A stretch of DNA of 64,000 nt, taken from contig CM060731.1 of assembly GCA_030704615.1 (NCBI GenBank), forward strand, positions 30,876,001 to 30,940,000, given 5' to 3'. Each line of letters begins with the position of its first letter. Position 1 is the stretch's first letter. Below, piece by piece: positions 23,214-38,399 of the stretch. Made by a program: the position numbers and the translations under genes. This DNA comes from Takakia lepidozioides (Eukaryota > Plantae > Bryophyta). The notes under the pieces are model-generated. The model was not told the origin of the DNA, ran no database searches, and worked only from the letters and a program-made list of their open reading frames with translations.

Positions 23214-25693
23214 CTTGGAGCGGAAAGGGTCCCCACCGATTGACCCGTGATGGCCGTAGTCGGAGCAGTAGACACACTAGAGGACCCTGGCATCATGATA
23301 CCCCCACCTTGAACAACACCATGCACATTAAACATAGGAAAACTGCCCATATGCACGCCTGCACTTGCAGGCAACAAATTCCCTCCCCTGAGAGTGGGAC
23401 TAGGGAAATCCACAACAGGCAGCACACTAGAACGCATGTTATCACCCTGGGCCGGCATACTGCTCGTAATAGCCCTAGCATCCAAGGCCAACCCGATTCT
23501 ACCTTGTTCATGATCAGACAGCTCCACGGGCTTACTACCTTGAACTTCCATTGCCCCACCAATCTGAATAGGAAGAATCACACTTTTTGCCATCCTCGAT
23601 CCTATGGGCACAACAATAGAGCCCTCCCTATCCAGATTGACATTTGGCACAATTCCAGCTTTGATGATATCCCCATGCACCTCTTGCCCTTCTCCAGGCC
23701 GGCTGTCATGACACCATCACCATGCAACAGTTCTAAGCATTCTTCAAAATTACCAGAGTCCAAGGAAACGTCATCAACCAAGGCATTACCTGCCTGAAGG
23801 TTGTCTGACTCCCCACTGAATTCAGGCATGCCCCTGCCAGGCGGCCCAAGTGGCTCTCGCGACCCAGACATGAATCTCTGTCTACCAGATCGCAACCAAG
23901 AACTTGCAGATGTGTTGGGCATGCAAAAACAAAGACAATTGTGGAAAAGAAAGAACCTCTAGGCCGCTGGGATGAGCAGTCCGGCCTTGGGCTTGGCACC
24001 TGTGAAGCTTCGGGAGTCCAAACAGAGCAAGAAAGAAGCTTGAGCAGGTCGTGAGAATCAGAGCTATACACTGCCAACGCCAGGCACTCCCACACCTTCT
24101 CGTCCTTAACCCATAAGCCCACCCGTGTTGTGCCGTTGTCCTCCCACGTCCGGGACAACACTGAGGAGTTGGGAAAACTATCTAGGTGATCTGCAACGTG
24201 AGGGCAAATGACACCCTGGTCTTCAAAACAGGTACCTGGCAAAATCACGATGTCGGAAGACTGGGCCTGCAAACTACCACCCGCGAGACCGTCCACCAAG
24301 TCCACCGTCGTGGGCTTGTGACGACAGATCCGGACGTGAAATCGAAGAGCCCGCAGCAACAAGGCTCTAGAGCCTTCAAGCAACAATGAGAGCCATGAGC
24401 CTGCTGTCCGTTCGGTCGTCTGCCACAGGCCTGACTCTCGACGGATTGACAATGGTAAGTGGAGCCCGAGCGCTTCCTAGGCCACTTGCCGATGATGAAG
24501 CAGACGAGCCTTGAACACCTCCGGCCTCAAGCACAGGGAGTTTCTGACAGCCACGACGCACTCTCTCTCCTAGAGCCAAAACTAGACCCAGGGCGCACAA
24601 AAATCGCTTCGTGATGACTGTTTAGACGTCGAGCGTCCTCGCGCAGGGATGCTTCAAACCTTTCAAACCATTGCACATCCTCCGGAAGCAATTCCCCTAG
24701 AGACTCATCATAATCCTGAGAGCATTCAATATCTCTCTCAAACTCTCATTCTCATTCTCTCGGACACTCGTAATCAGGACCTGGATCATAAAAATTGTCA
24801 AAATTATAGTACTTAGGATCGCACCTATCTAAAGAGCTGGGTGACCTCACATCTCTTGGTGACCAAATCTTGTCCTCATTCACATCAACATCACATCTAG
24901 GGTTATTTGAATTCAACTACACGACAAGACCAGGATCAACAGTGCTGGGTTCAAGCAGGGGTGACACTGGCGAGGCAACAATGCCAAGCAGCGCACGTCG
25001 AGAGGGGTCAGTGACAGCAAGATTAGTTGCTAAAGCAGGGTCAGTCACAATTTCAAGAACCAAATCAACTTGCACCGACAGACTTTCTCCCTCCCTGCGT
25101 GCTACACAGCTATAACTACGCACCGAAGCCATCGTCCTGCAGCACAGCACAACGAGCAGGGTGAGAAGGCAAATAGGAAACAGCAGGAGAAAACATCGCA
25201 AGGTGGCTGGCCGCCATCAGACAAGCCTGATTAGAGAGCAAAAGCAAAGATTAACGCGCAGATCCCTCAACAACCCAACAAATGGTTGAGGGCGGGCAGT
25301 GGATGCTAAAACACCTAAACGTCACCCGGCTTCTCTCCACCACAAAACGAGCCTGAAGCATATACTCCCTTCCTCTCAAGAAACGTGTTTGCACAACAAG
25401 GGGGACAAGCGAAAGAGTAGGCAATGCGCGAGAGGAGGATCAAGTGAGCGGATCTGACACACACAGGAGCTCTCATCCAAAGTTTGTATACCCAAATCAC
25501 ATATACACTAACACCTGAATACACCGCCCTGACCTTGTGTCAGGGCGCCGTCTTTATACTAAAGCCCTAACCATGGTGGTCTGCCGTGTGGCAAGGCATC
25601 ATAGGCCAAAGCCCACAACGCCTCCTTCTACACCCTAGATCTGATGAAGGGCCAGGATCAAGCCACCGGCCTAAACTAACCCTAACCTAGACA
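23214..25693 (-). mobile_element. Probable 5' region and LTR of the Gypsy element
   Basis: The minus strand begins TGTCTAGG at 25693 and has a TATAAAG box near 25552-25558. The intervening ORFs have no recognisable gag or protease motif. No matching second LTR was found. Confidence 0.35.
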
Positions 25694-26945
25694 TCATTGT
25701 AACGGATTAACGGCTTTATATGCCAAAAAATTATACTATGGATGTGTATCGCCGTTTTGGATGAAACGGGTTATTTCTAGGCGTAAGCAAGTATGGGGCT
25801 TTACATCCCGTCACTCAAAGAGTGATAACACTGAATCCAATTTGTATTTTTTGATGAGTAGGGCCCAAAAATGGCCCCCAGTTTGAATGGTGGGGTTTTC
25901 TTGGATTGACCTGAAAAGTAGCATGGACTAGCAGCTACGTATCCACCTATTGTATTTTGTTTTCACAGACTTATATTGATTTGATACCGCATGGGTTAGA
26001 TATTGGGAAAAAGCGGAAATCCAACTGAAAAATCTTTACATGGTGCTGTCGTATCCAGCACGTTCCAAAGACGATGAGTCCTCCTTTCAATCCAATTTAA
26101 GTTTTCGTTGTAGGTCCGAGCCTAGGGCGGACCTTCCAGAAATTCTCGGGAGCCCTTGCGGACTCCGGAGGGGGGTTGGAAATAGTTTTCAACCAGCAAT
26201 TGACGCGTCTCGGATTCACCTCACTAACTGCGTCATTGCCCCAAGCGCAAAGATGCATAGCTCAGCGTTGGTCCCCTCTTATATACCCGCTGAGGCTGTA
26301 AAGATGGGCAAAGAATATGGGATAAATAAAAGCCAAGGCAATATATCCCGTCGCCGTCTCTATCCTATGCTCCGGCCCAAATTGTGTCAATGCAGAGGAA
26401 CCCGTTTCTGGTGGGCGTTGCACCACAAGGCGAAGTTTTGCAAGCGGAGGGTTCTTGGGCTTGGAGGTTGTGTGGAGCAGACATGGAGTGTGCGCTGTGA
26501 AGAGCATGCAACAGAAGCCTGCATGGGAAATGAGTGGAAGATATCATGCGCTTGAGAGGGGAGTTTGTTTTGTTCGGCTGAATGCAGGTGGGTCGACAAG
26601 AATGGTTTGATCTGCGGGTCGACAGGACAGGACTTCGAGGTCCTTTTCGGAGGGGCCAGAAATTTGCAAGAAGATCGCAAAGTTGGTGACATTTTGATGA
26701 GACTGTCTTTTACTTCCATGTGCAACTTAGAGTCATGAGGATTCAAAGGTACTTGCCATTCGTTTGCCTAGACTGGATAGGCTTCTGCTAAGACACTGGA
26801 AAATTGATACTGACAAAGCACTTGAAAGCATGAACAGACCTCCCTATGTTTTGAACGCGTTACACTTTTGAGTAGGGGCGTGGATGTGGGATGACAGTTT
26901 TCTGAGTGGTTCAAGACTCAGTCTCGATACAAACACGCAAAGTAC

Positions 26946-27545
26946 ATGAAATTGATGGATATCGTTGTGAAGACCGGCAACACCGAGCTCATTAAAAAGG
27001 TGCTGGAAGAAGTGGAGAGAGAGAGGAAGGTTAACATGGTCACATTTAACACTATCCTAAAGTGCTACAGTGAGGCCAAGCAGACTGATGCTGCGTTCGA
27101 GGTTGGCTCTCTTTTTGAGCATTCGGTCCTCTTTCTGCCTGTCTGCTCCTCTGTGCTTGTACCTCGCTTTTTTGTTACCCTGTTGAAACGGACAAGCTGG
27201 AACTGAGGCTTGGAGCTGTGGAGATGGCCGCCAAATGTGCCGGGCCAACTGCAAACCTACCAAGCACACATACACTATCATGATTCACAGCCTAGCAAGG
27301 TCTGGAAAGTATGCTGTCCCTTGACTGCCAACCCTATGCTGTAACATACCCAGTGCTAATTCAAGCTTTTGCCAAGGCAGGGGATGTAGACAAGGCAGTA
27401 ACGATTTGTGAAAGCACGCAAGAAGCGGGTATCAAACTGTCCCGAGTCACTCTCTAAGTGTTTGCCAAGTGGCTTCATCATGCAGGCAGGCAGGATGATG
27501 TACGAGGTCTTTTCAAGATACTGCCTGATTTGCCAAGTCTCTAAT
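26946..27545 (+). pseudogene. Pentatricopeptide-repeat (PPR) gene remnant
   Basis: PPR-like segments VNMVTFNTILKCYSEAKQTDAAFEV, HTYTIMIHSLARSGK and VLIQAFAKAGDVDKAV, interrupted by stops and frameshifts. Confidence 0.75.
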
Positions 27546-29684
27546 GGAGAAAGATGCTTGGGGACTCGCTAAAGAAGAAAAGGCTTTCGGAATGTACGAC
27601 TTCCAGGGAATGAAGGAAGCGCACACTGTCCAAGCACTACTCTCCAAGCACTACTCTGACACCACCAGCCTGGAGAATTTTCACGGAGCCCCCATGGATA
27701 TGACCGCAGACCTGGAGAAATCCTGCTATTTTGTGTACAATTCTGGTGATGGAAGGCTGGGACATCTTAAAGATTGAGACATGAATTTAAACTATCTATA
27801 ACAGCAATTTGGTCGACAAGGCTTCAACTGGTGGCAGAGCGTGTGGCGACAAAGCTACAGCAAGCATGGGCTAACAGATACATTCTCTCTCCTTATCTCC
27901 CCGCAACATTCATTCCCGATTGTGCCCCCCTTTATAGTTTATCGTTTTCCCTTTGACTGTATCTATATAGGTGTCTGAATGCAACTGTGAATTTTGACCT
28001 GCGTTGTGCATAACCTAGGTGCAGATTTAGGCTGTGCATGTGAGTCATGCCACTTCTCCATTATCCTGTTTCCAATTGGATTCCACTTGTCAGAATGTGC
28101 TCAGATCGTCTATTCTAACAAGTGACGAATTGTGGGTGTCCCTAGGGATGAACTATAATAACATATGGGAACTTCGCAGGAGTGTGGGACCAAGTTGATT
28201 CCAAGATCCTTTTTGCGTTGATGGATCTCTGACCTGAGGTATATGAGAATCCAACCAAATCCTGGAGCATGATGGGGCTGAAGTGATTGTTGAGACATAA
28301 GTATTGTAGTATGATGCTTTGTCTGTAGCCCCTTTCATAACATCCTCTTCCTACTGTAAACCCCCTTTTCCCTTGTCGAGACATCCGTGTTTCTAGAGTT
28401 ACAAGGAAAGACCATACCTCTCTTACACCACCTCCAGTGGGGATGGATTTTGAGACATCTTCATAAGAAGACTGTTCAACCTGTTGTTTTGTATATCATG
28501 TAAGATGGGCATTCTCATTATTTCTGTCAATTGTGATGAGGACCTAAGTTTGAGACAAATAGAGAGTATTCTAGTATTCTAGCTATACTATGATAATTTA
28601 AGCTACAGTAAATGATTGTATGAGGCCTGTCTCCCAGAGAGAGGGAGGGAGAATCTACAGTACTAGGCCACTGAACTAACTTAGCTTGGTACTTCCAGCA
28701 AAACAAGCCAATATCCTTCCAGCAGAACCGAGCAAGAGACAGAATATTTCGGCCACGACCTGCTCTGTAGTGGGAATGTCCAACCTTTCTCCCACTCCCC
28801 CTCTCTCATCTGCTCTCTCCCCGCAACATGGCAGAGACTTCACTGTTGTTCTTAATAATTTATCCCATTCTGTTAATCCCAATCAAAACAGGAAGCTTGA
28901 GGTATTTTATGGCCTCTGCCTGCTGCATTTTGTTGGGACTGTCATGATCTTGCCATGTTAAGATTTTGTCTGCATCACTGCAAATTGCTACCTAACCTAA
29001 CATCACCATCTGCAGCCTCCTCGGAACAATCTCTTGAAAGACACTCTCCTAACTACAAGTTTTTCAAGCAAAACTTTAACAAGAACAAGATCAAGTTCAA
29101 GCCCATATAAAACCTTTATTTTCTATGAGCAGCTCAAGATGTGCCTCAATAAAGGCAGTTGTCCTGGGACTCCATACTCACAGATCTTCTGACCAGCCAA
29201 AATGAAGAAATCTACACGCAGTTCTAACAAAACAGAGTTTTCAAGGAATGGTGAATCCTCTGCCAGCCACAGCTTGGTTGCTGTGACAACAACTCCGAGA
29301 GTATCAGCTAAGCAGAGGTAAGCAGCAAATGAGCTTGTAGCAATCTCACGAGCTCAGAAATACCTTGGTTACAAAGAGCTCTACTCAACTGAAACACCAG
29401 CACTGCAAGCTGCACTGTGGTGAGAAAAAAGGAGTTGGACATAGTGTCAGGATAATACAATCAGCTAAGACAACTGGTGCTAGGCATCATCAATTCAACA
29501 GAAAAAAGCCTGCAGGCTCATGGCTCTGGTGACCCTGCATGAGGCCATTGAAGTGATGAAAGCCCCCCCGCCTCCACCTCTGACTAAGGAAAAAGACAAG
29601 CTGGCAAGTGAGAGCCTCCAGTGTGAGGCTCTAGTTTAACATATGCTTGAATACGAGAGAGGTATAGTAAACACAAGTCCCACT

Positions 29685-32600
29685 CTACGATGTTTTCTGT
29701 GATACTTGGCGATATGTTTGAACGACCCAGTCAGAATAGCCCATCGCACCAGCAGTTCGATCCTCGACAAGATTTGCAAGGAGGAGGTTGCCTTCCCTCG
29801 GCTGTTCACCCTGTCGCACCACAGTACATAGTTGATACACTGCTGGGTTGCTTTCTCTCAGAGATTGGATAGTTGCCACCAACCGCTTGGAGACAGCATT
29901 GGCGTGTTCTATCACTGCAACCTGCAGCCAACATCATGTGCAACTTTCAATCATACTTCATCCTGCTAAGTTCTTTGTTGTGCAATGTCAGTGTAAGTCT
30001 CTTGCCCCACTACTTTCGAGAGTGCAGTCAAAACCAGGTTTTTTTCAATGTTAACGTATCAGTTCACTTTTAATATGGGCTGTGAAATAGTCTTGAAGGC
30101 ACAGTCAGTTCATGTACTCACATGATAACAAAGGTGAAAAGGGAATATAAAGGTGAGCTCTCTCTCCATAGCGCTAGCACACAGCTGCAGCTGTCCGAGA
30201 GAGGAGGGGAGATTTCACCATTCCTATGAAATTGGTTCAAGGTTGACCCCTTGAGGGCGTGGTCCCCAAGGGACACTGAACACCTGGGGTGCTGATTTAT
30301 ATCCTACCAGGATACGACTGTGTAACAGCCAAAGATACAGGTTTTAGATTGGCTCCAAGAGCAAGAGACAGCAAGTGTGTGTGCTTACCTTGCTGAGATC
30401 GGTAGTGTATGCAGATTCAGGCCCAAGCACTTGAATGACCAAATCTGATGGTAGCACCTTCCCCAGCCAAAGCACAAATCGCAAGCCATCATCCAACAAG
30501 AAGGCTCCACGTGGGTCCAGCCTCTCTGAAGCTAATGGCACTGGTGGTGGCAGCTGGTCTTTGCCGTCGACTTCCGTTTTACCACCCTGCATAGCATGTA
30601 CAGTGAAACCATTTGACAGTTATCGAGGTTGACAGCAAATAATGATTCTGCTCAACAAAATTGCAGCTGGTGTTTTCCTGGACAAAGAAAAGGCCCCCCC
30701 TGGAAGCTTCCAAACAACTGCCACTCCATCTCTTTTCACTCCGTTTCAGAAGCTTGAGCTGCAGTTTATTGAAAGAGGACTATTATATAGGAGATGAGCT
30801 CTAACACTGGGAGATCTCTGGCTGAGATATTGTCTCGATAGTCGGTCCATTCTGCTCTTCCCCTTGTTCCTTTCACTCTACAGTAAGCCAAGTACAGTAA
30901 GAACAGCTTTGTGTTGTCTGTGTCTTTCAAGAACCACACCCTCACCTCCCCGACAAAACACCTGGGTAGAAGGAAAAGGAGTTTCTACTAAGCAGCCAAC
31001 ACTGGATGACCCAAGCTGAAAGTTCCAGCAAATGGACACAACACAAACCTGGAGGTATTCATCAAACCGGCACAAAGAGGGATAAAGGAACTTCAGTAGC
31101 CGTGACACGGGCATGGTCATGATCTCGTATGAGATCGCTGAGCGCTCATCAGGCGTAGCATCATTGAAGCCCCCCCGCAAGGCCAAACATTTGCAAATGG
31201 CAAGAGTGTAGAAAGGAAGAAGTTTCAAGCTCTCGGGGAATATGAGCCTGTTGGATGTGCGGTGTTGAACAGCAAACATGTTGCGATACTCCCGTAAGCT
31301 TCGTATCAACCGCTGCTGAATGGATTGCCGAGCATCCTCAAGCTTTGATTGCAATGATTTCTCCACCGCTGTATGCATTTATAAGAGATACAGAAGAGAA
31401 ACTAATGTTACTCACTAAGTTCATTCTTTTATGCATTCCGCAGCCTAGTGGCCATTCGACCTAGTTATTTCAAGTTCAAGCAGCAGAAAGAGGGGAGGAA
31501 AGAGAGGGAAAAGAAGAATATCCGTTAATGGGGTAGATGTTTTGGATTACCCAGCCTGCTCATGATGCTGGTGATGGCACCTATGTCAGCTGCTCGGTAC
31601 ATTTCTGCTAGGTCGTTAACCACAGGAGTGGCCATGGTGTGCACTCTAATACGCCGCTCCCCTGTTGATGATGTGTATCTGTGTGATTATAAGTCAAAGA
31701 ACTCAACAATCCACCAACAACATGAGAACTCTGCTGATTTCTAATTTTCCCCGCAATCCCACCACTAGGTTTAATACAAATGTCCCTAGTCGCCTAACCA
31801 GGTTTGGCAGCATACATAGAGGTAAATAACACCAGCACAAATAATGCAGAGTTGAATGTACTCATTCCACATGACTAATTGGGGTAAGTAAACTTAGTGC
31901 TCAACCAGCTCCTTTGTAACTAAGTTACCGTGGATCACCTTCTTTCATCTCCATGATATTGTTCAAATGGAAGGTGATATGTTCTTACACACAGTTTCCA
32001 TGGGGAACGACAGGGCCAATTCCAGAGTGTTGGACTACAACCTTTAGGAAACTATACTCTGTCAGAGCCAGGTGCTGAGGCACACGGCCCTTCCCCAGTT
32101 TGACACAAGACTTTACTGACACTTTCTAGGGATAGAAAGGGACATCTCAGGTCCTCCTCTGTGGTCCAGACCCAGCCACCCTACTGACCCAAAAATGAAC
32201 ACAGACAAATTTCCAAACAGCATGGGGATACAGTAAAGCAACTTGGAAATAGACTGTGTTGGTCGTCAATAGTGTGTCTTCCAATGTTAGCTGCATGGCA
32301 AATGCTTTGTCACAATCAACTGCCGGCAGTGCCATCAAATCTGAGCTCCGCAGCATGAAATGTCCATGGAATGAAGAAAATCGGACACCTGTTGCTCGTA
32401 CACACCAGATTCGTCAATATACAAATAAATGACAAAAAATGTCAAACACTCTCAACCTCCCATAACCTATAGAAGGGCAGCATAATGCAGGTAGGCTGCT
32501 TTGCTCCAAATAAAAATAGAGAGAAAACAACCATGAAAATCTGACTTGAATCATACTAACCTTTCCCACATCTTATACGCATCACAGCTTCCCAGGCTGT

Positions 32601-35600
32601 TTCTCTTGACAAATCCCGAGCAAGCTCATACCGGAGCTTCTCTCCGTGCAGGTGGGCCTGGAACCCAGGATAATAACACACCTGTCCCCCTGTGTATTTT
32701 GCCGAAGTACCTGTGGTAAAGTAGAATTACACTCATCAAGGGAATGTTCAACGCACTCTAGAACTTAAACATCCTACAGTCGGAAACAACATGACCTGCA
32801 CTTCAACTTCCCATCAATCACATCGGCAACAACCAGCTTGTGGACATAGTAAATCCACCAGTAAACCATGCTCATGAGAACTCTCTCTTGTAAAAAGACA
32901 TTTCCAACATCGCCTTTTTGGGCAGCAGTGAGGATGCTGCCTTCATATGCACTCTCGTGCACAAGTGCACTATTGTTGAGCAAAAACAAGTTCTGTGCTA
33001 CTACATTTGGAAGGGTAGTGATATTCAAAATCAAGTTAAGACCGCAATGGAGGCATCACCTAAAGATGCCAAGTCTGTGTATCTTTCGGCAAAGGCATAG
33101 ATGTTGACACCAATCTGATACTTGGAAAAATCAGCCGCCATCTGTTTGTAAAATTGTTCTTCCGTGACACGCATCTGGTTCTCTTTATCTGTGCCATAGA
33201 TGCGAGGGTCATCACCTCGGAGCTTCAACCGCCCAACACCAAGGGATGGCAAAGTGCTTTGAAAAACAAGCAGCTTTCCTCCCAGCTGACTCTGCAACAG
33301 GATTCCAGTCCAGACTCAACTTCTAATCGGACAAATTGTGCATGCAAGAAGAAATCACAGAGACGAGAGTGACATCAGCGAGGCCAGGTAAGCATCTGCA
33401 TATCATTGAAAATATGTTAAAGAACGTGTTCGAAGTCTTAAGCATATCAGGGTTCAGAGGAAAAGGGCTAGGGAGAGAAAGTCCCCACAACAGGGCAGGA
33501 GTGACATACCATGACCATAAAACTGGCCTTGAGAGCAGGCCCAAGGGCTGACTCAATGTTGAGGTTGTTTTCAAACATGGTAGGAAGGCTGTCAAGCAGT
33601 GCCTCTACCACTGCCCGTGATTCGGATAAGTTGACCAGCAAATCATCAGGTAGTGGCAAGAAGGGATCATCAAGGTCCGCTACCACCATCATTTGTGGCT
33701 GGGTCAGTGAAGACTGCATCAACCCACAACAACGGCCACTCATTGCTTTCGACAGGCTAATCTGGCTTTAGGCTAGCTTCTGCTCTTCATAACAATTCTA
33801 TGATTGTCAAGGTTTGGCGGATGTCAGCAACCAGTGTGTGTAATACCTCGTACGAGATGGTGCAAACTCCCATGGTGGGATTTTTGGTGCTTGACAAAGC
33901 CTGAGCACTACAGGAAACATACTTTGATATTCCAAGTGTCAACGATCTACACAAACATGAAAGAGCCAACCGCATGTCACTCAAGCACTCTCACTTGAAT
34001 GTTAAGCTCTCCTCTTTCTTTCCAGACCTTGAGGTTGTAGAAATGTAGGGTGCTGTCGAATGTCAAAATGCCGATCTGTGTCCTGGGAAAGCCGGGCAAT
34101 TTGTCCAGGCTCGCCTTTATTGTCTCTGCAACAACCTACAAACCACCATGTTCACCACCTCTTACGTAAGTTCCCCTTCCACGGTGGTGGCTAAGTGCGG
34201 GGCTCCTCTGAGAAAAATGAGATGAATTACATTCTGAACTCATGTCCCATTGAGCTCCATTGAAAGGACCTACAGTGAAAGAATCAAAGAAAACCACACC
34301 TTGAGCATCCCCATCTTGATAGCCGAGACAGAGACGTCGATGAGGAAGAAGTACACTGGTGGCATTGGTGGGCGCACCATGTACTCAGTTGGGGCCACAA
34401 ATTCAACACTGCCCTGTGACAGCTCAGGCCTTTCATTTACATCTCGCCGCCTCCCATTTTCATCCAATGCACAGAAGTACTCCACCGGAACTAACCCACA
34501 AACAAATCAATCAACTCTCCGCCATTAAATACAAGACATGAGCCAGACAATGGAGCAGGGAGGGGAGAGGTAGCTGTACTTGAAAATGGGCTTGAGTGCT
34601 ACAGCATAAATCCAATGGACAGTCTCAGGAGGTAGGAAAATTAGACGAGATGGCACGAAGATGCAGGCCCCATGTCTCACCAGCTGATGCCTCCCATGCA
34701 TCCACCCATCTCTCTCCCCCCAAAAAGAAAAACATTCATGCCGAAAACATCATGGTGGGTAGAAATAACAAAAGTGGGACAGAGACAATCAAAGTCTCAC
34801 CAAGCCTTACAACATGATGGATGTCAATGTTCTCTGCACCATAAACAAAATATATGCTCTCCCTTTCTTCCTCTCCCTCATCCTCTCACCTATGCTAGAC
34901 ATTGACTGTGCAAGACGTTTCAATATTGTGGATCAAGTATCACCTTCGTTTAAAAGGACACAGATATTGCATCGCCAACGCCGTCCACCATCCGTGAACG
35001 TGACATAGGGATTGATGTACGTGCGACATCGCCGGCACCTCACAATTGTGGTGCCCACATAATTGACCACTTGTACCTCTTCCTGCAGAGGCAAGTCCAA
35101 CAATGCTGACCCATGAAACTGTTACTAAACCCGATACCATCCTTCTCCCACCTAGTGTGTGAAGTACCCTAAGTTAAGCTTCTGTACCTCATAAGATAAT
35201 TTAATTTGAAACATCTTTTCTAACCGCTTACCAAAGGGGACTGTCAGGGAGTTTTTCTAAATAAATCCCGGTAGTCATATTTTATGCAACAGCTCTAATG
35301 AGTACCAACAGACGGTGCATCTACTGACACCCACGAAGTAAAAATTTAACGCGAATAAAATACAGAATTGCAACCATTGGTCTGGATCCCACAAGCTTAC
35401 CCCGGGTGGGGCTTCAGCAAGAGGATGCGCCACTGCCCCCAGAGGTAAATGCCAGCGCGACATCAAAGAGTGGGAGTTAGGCATTGCATTGGTGGTCAAT
35501 CGCAGATATCTTGGGTGGCAATCCAAACTTCGTCGTGATACTGACAAATCGATAGTATCCAATGGGCGGGGAAGGGTGCCAGGGTCCACTCCTGATTCAA

Positions 35601-36510
35601 CTGACCCAGGAAGTGGTACTAATGAGAGAGATTGGAAGTCCTCAACCAGTCCTTGTGGTGATGCATTGAAAGATGCTCCATAGCCACCCAGAGGGGGAGG
35701 GGCAACAGGAAGAGGTCCCCCATAAGTTCCCATTGGTGGCCCATCTGCAGTATACTGTGGTTGTGCAGATGGGATGGCAGCTCCACTGTAATAGCCCTGG
35801 GAGGGGGGTCCACCACTATACTGGGGAGTAGAGGGGGATCCAAACCGGGGAATTGAAGGGGAGCCAAACTGCTGAGAAGAACCCAACTGAGGAACTGGCT
35901 GCCCAAATGTGGAAGTAGACTGCTGCGGGGCCACCGCACTGAACGGTGTACCTGGCCGAGGCTGGGACACCTGCATACGAGGAAACAATCCAGCATCACC
36001 AGGGGTAGGAGGAGCAGCTACTCCTGGTGGAAACGGGGGGTAACTAGAAGGAGGTGTTGGTGCCACTGAGAACCCTGGCACTGGTGCACCAGTTTGCGGG
36101 AGAGGGGGTAATGACCCTGTTAGGCTTGACCTTGGGGAATTAGGGGGAAGGGGAGTTCCCAATGACTGGCCTTGTGGCAAAGAGGTCGATGTTTGTGGAG
36201 GAGGTCGCATGGGAATGGCCCCAGCGCCGGGGGGACGAACCCCCATAGGATGGTGAAAATACGGAGTGGGCTGACTTTGGGAAGGCTGGAAGATGCCAGG
36301 AGGACCAGCAGGCCTCCCCACACCTGATCCATATCGAGGACCTGTCCCTGCTGGTGAGGGCACGGCTGCCAAAGGTTCAGCTACGTTAGAAGCAACTGGT
36401 GGCCCAGACACCATGTGCCCAACACCTGGCTGCAGTCTGAATTGGTTCCCTGGGGGGGGGGCCTGCCATGATGGTGGTGTCTGTCTTGGTGTCAAACCTG
36501 TACCAGCCAT
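29685..36510 (-). CDS. SEC24: COPII coat protein Sec24 (SEC24A-like), multi-exon
   Basis: Pro/Gly-rich N-terminus (ATG 36510); zinc finger [11 protein letters not shown]...WRCNIC; [28 protein letters not shown]; trunk, beta-sandwich, helical and gelsolin-like exons; C-terminal LVEDR; stop at 29685. Confidence 0.97.
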
Positions 36511-38399
36511 ATGCAAAGGAGCACAACATGCACTAGGGAATGAGATAGATTGAAAGTATAACCAAAACAAAGCAAATAAATCTCCACATGTCTATGCATA
36601 CCCTATAGATATGCAGAACACTCACCTCTTCTTTACCTGGATGAATTGGGCCAAAGCAGGCACAGTAAATAGTATGCACATTGAAGAAAGCAACAGCTTC
36701 GTGCCTAAAAAACACAGGGCTGAAAATTACTGCCATCAACACAGGCTATTTAACATACCAGGAATTGCATAAGGAGGATATTGCTGGGGTGGTGAAGCAT
36801 TGGTATTTCGCCACCCAGGTGCTCCTGGAGTTTCCCCTGGTTGTTGCATTCTGCCTAGAGAAATGCCTTGTTTCACTAAAATTACAGCATTCCCAGCTTT
36901 CCACCCGAGAATCCAATCTGGCTTATAAGTTCATATAGTCTTATTCCCTACCCCTTCTCCCCCCCCTACTGGAAGAGCAAATAATCCAATGCTGCCGCCT
37001 GGCCATCAGCTTTCCCTAACATGATTCACTTCGCTCCCTGAGCTACAGCTCAATATCCTGAAGGTCTTGGTAACCTCTGCCTCCTCACTTCCCCATCCTC
37101 TTAGAAAAACCTACTGTTCTGCGATCAAGGAGTGTTTTTGCGCTGAACTTGTCCGGGCGTCTAAGTACACATTTTGGCGTCCAAGGTTTGCACTGTCACC
37201 TAGTTCACAAGCATCACAGTTAAACAAGATCGCATCAATTTTAATTTAGATATTCTCGCTGGATCTATTCAAATTCATCATAAGGACGATAGAAACACCA
37301 TGGTTACTCTGGATAAGCACGGTGATATGTACATGCAAATCGCCAAATGCTGAGGAGATCTTGTGCAAGGAAATCAATCAGCGAAAATCAAATTGCATCT
37401 TAAATAATATTGTGCTAGTACAGATAGCAACATCTCGAAGCCCTAAAATCACTATTGGAAACACAGCAAGCGACTTGAAGATCGCTGCAAGATTTCAGCA
37501 GTCACCATTCTACTCGTGGTCACCATCGAAGCGACAATCATCCCACTTACAAGTCCAGGCTCATCCCAACATGAGCACGACTGTGAAACCCTAACTTATC
37601 AGGCTGTTTCACATCACTTATGAGAAACGAGCTATTGATAAAAAGAAAAAACCTCCTTCATCTCTCAGACTAACCAATCCACCATAGCCCCAAGCTCAAG
37701 GTACTTTGATAGTTACCTAAGTAATCAAATCCCCAGCTGTTCATCTCCTCCTTTCTCATTACCCCTCTTTGACCTTCACCACAACGCCTCCACAGCACCG
37801 GATTCAGCTTACAATTCCAAATCCTCCCCCTGCAGCTACGTCTGGACAGAATCCGGCAACGCGGATCGCAGCTTCACATCGAGAGGGTGAGTTTCTCCAC
37901 GCGGAGCATCGCTACAGAGAGAGCAAGACGAAGATGCCGGCCCTACTGATTTTACTTGATGCTATTTGTTTTAATTCATCTCCATTTGATGCCCTTCGGA
38001 TGGACGTACATCCATAGCCACGGATGCACGTTAGTTGATTCCTTTTCAATACCATCTCCGTTTGATGCCTTCGGATGGTAGTACATTCACAGCAATGGAT
38101 GCACTCTGTGCGCCATGCAACATATTTTTACGTCGAACTAGTACAGTTGGACTCCGCAGTGTTTTTTTTTTCAAATTTTCAAAATAACAGGAGTGGCTAC
38201 TTGAGGGGAACTGAAAAACAGGGGTCGGAGAGCTCAAAATAGCCATGAAATAGCCATATTTTCTCTGTTCATCCACTGAAATCATTCTCCTCTGTACTTT
38301 CATCCATGTATATCATCCATATTAGGCGAATTCATCCAAGATTTATATTTGTTTTGGAGAAGTTTGGCGATTTCATTGATGAGAAAATAGGGAATTTAC

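Noticed and set aside
23201-24452. gag/protease of the Gypsy element
   Set aside because: No zinc knuckle or D(T/S)G motif is recognisable.
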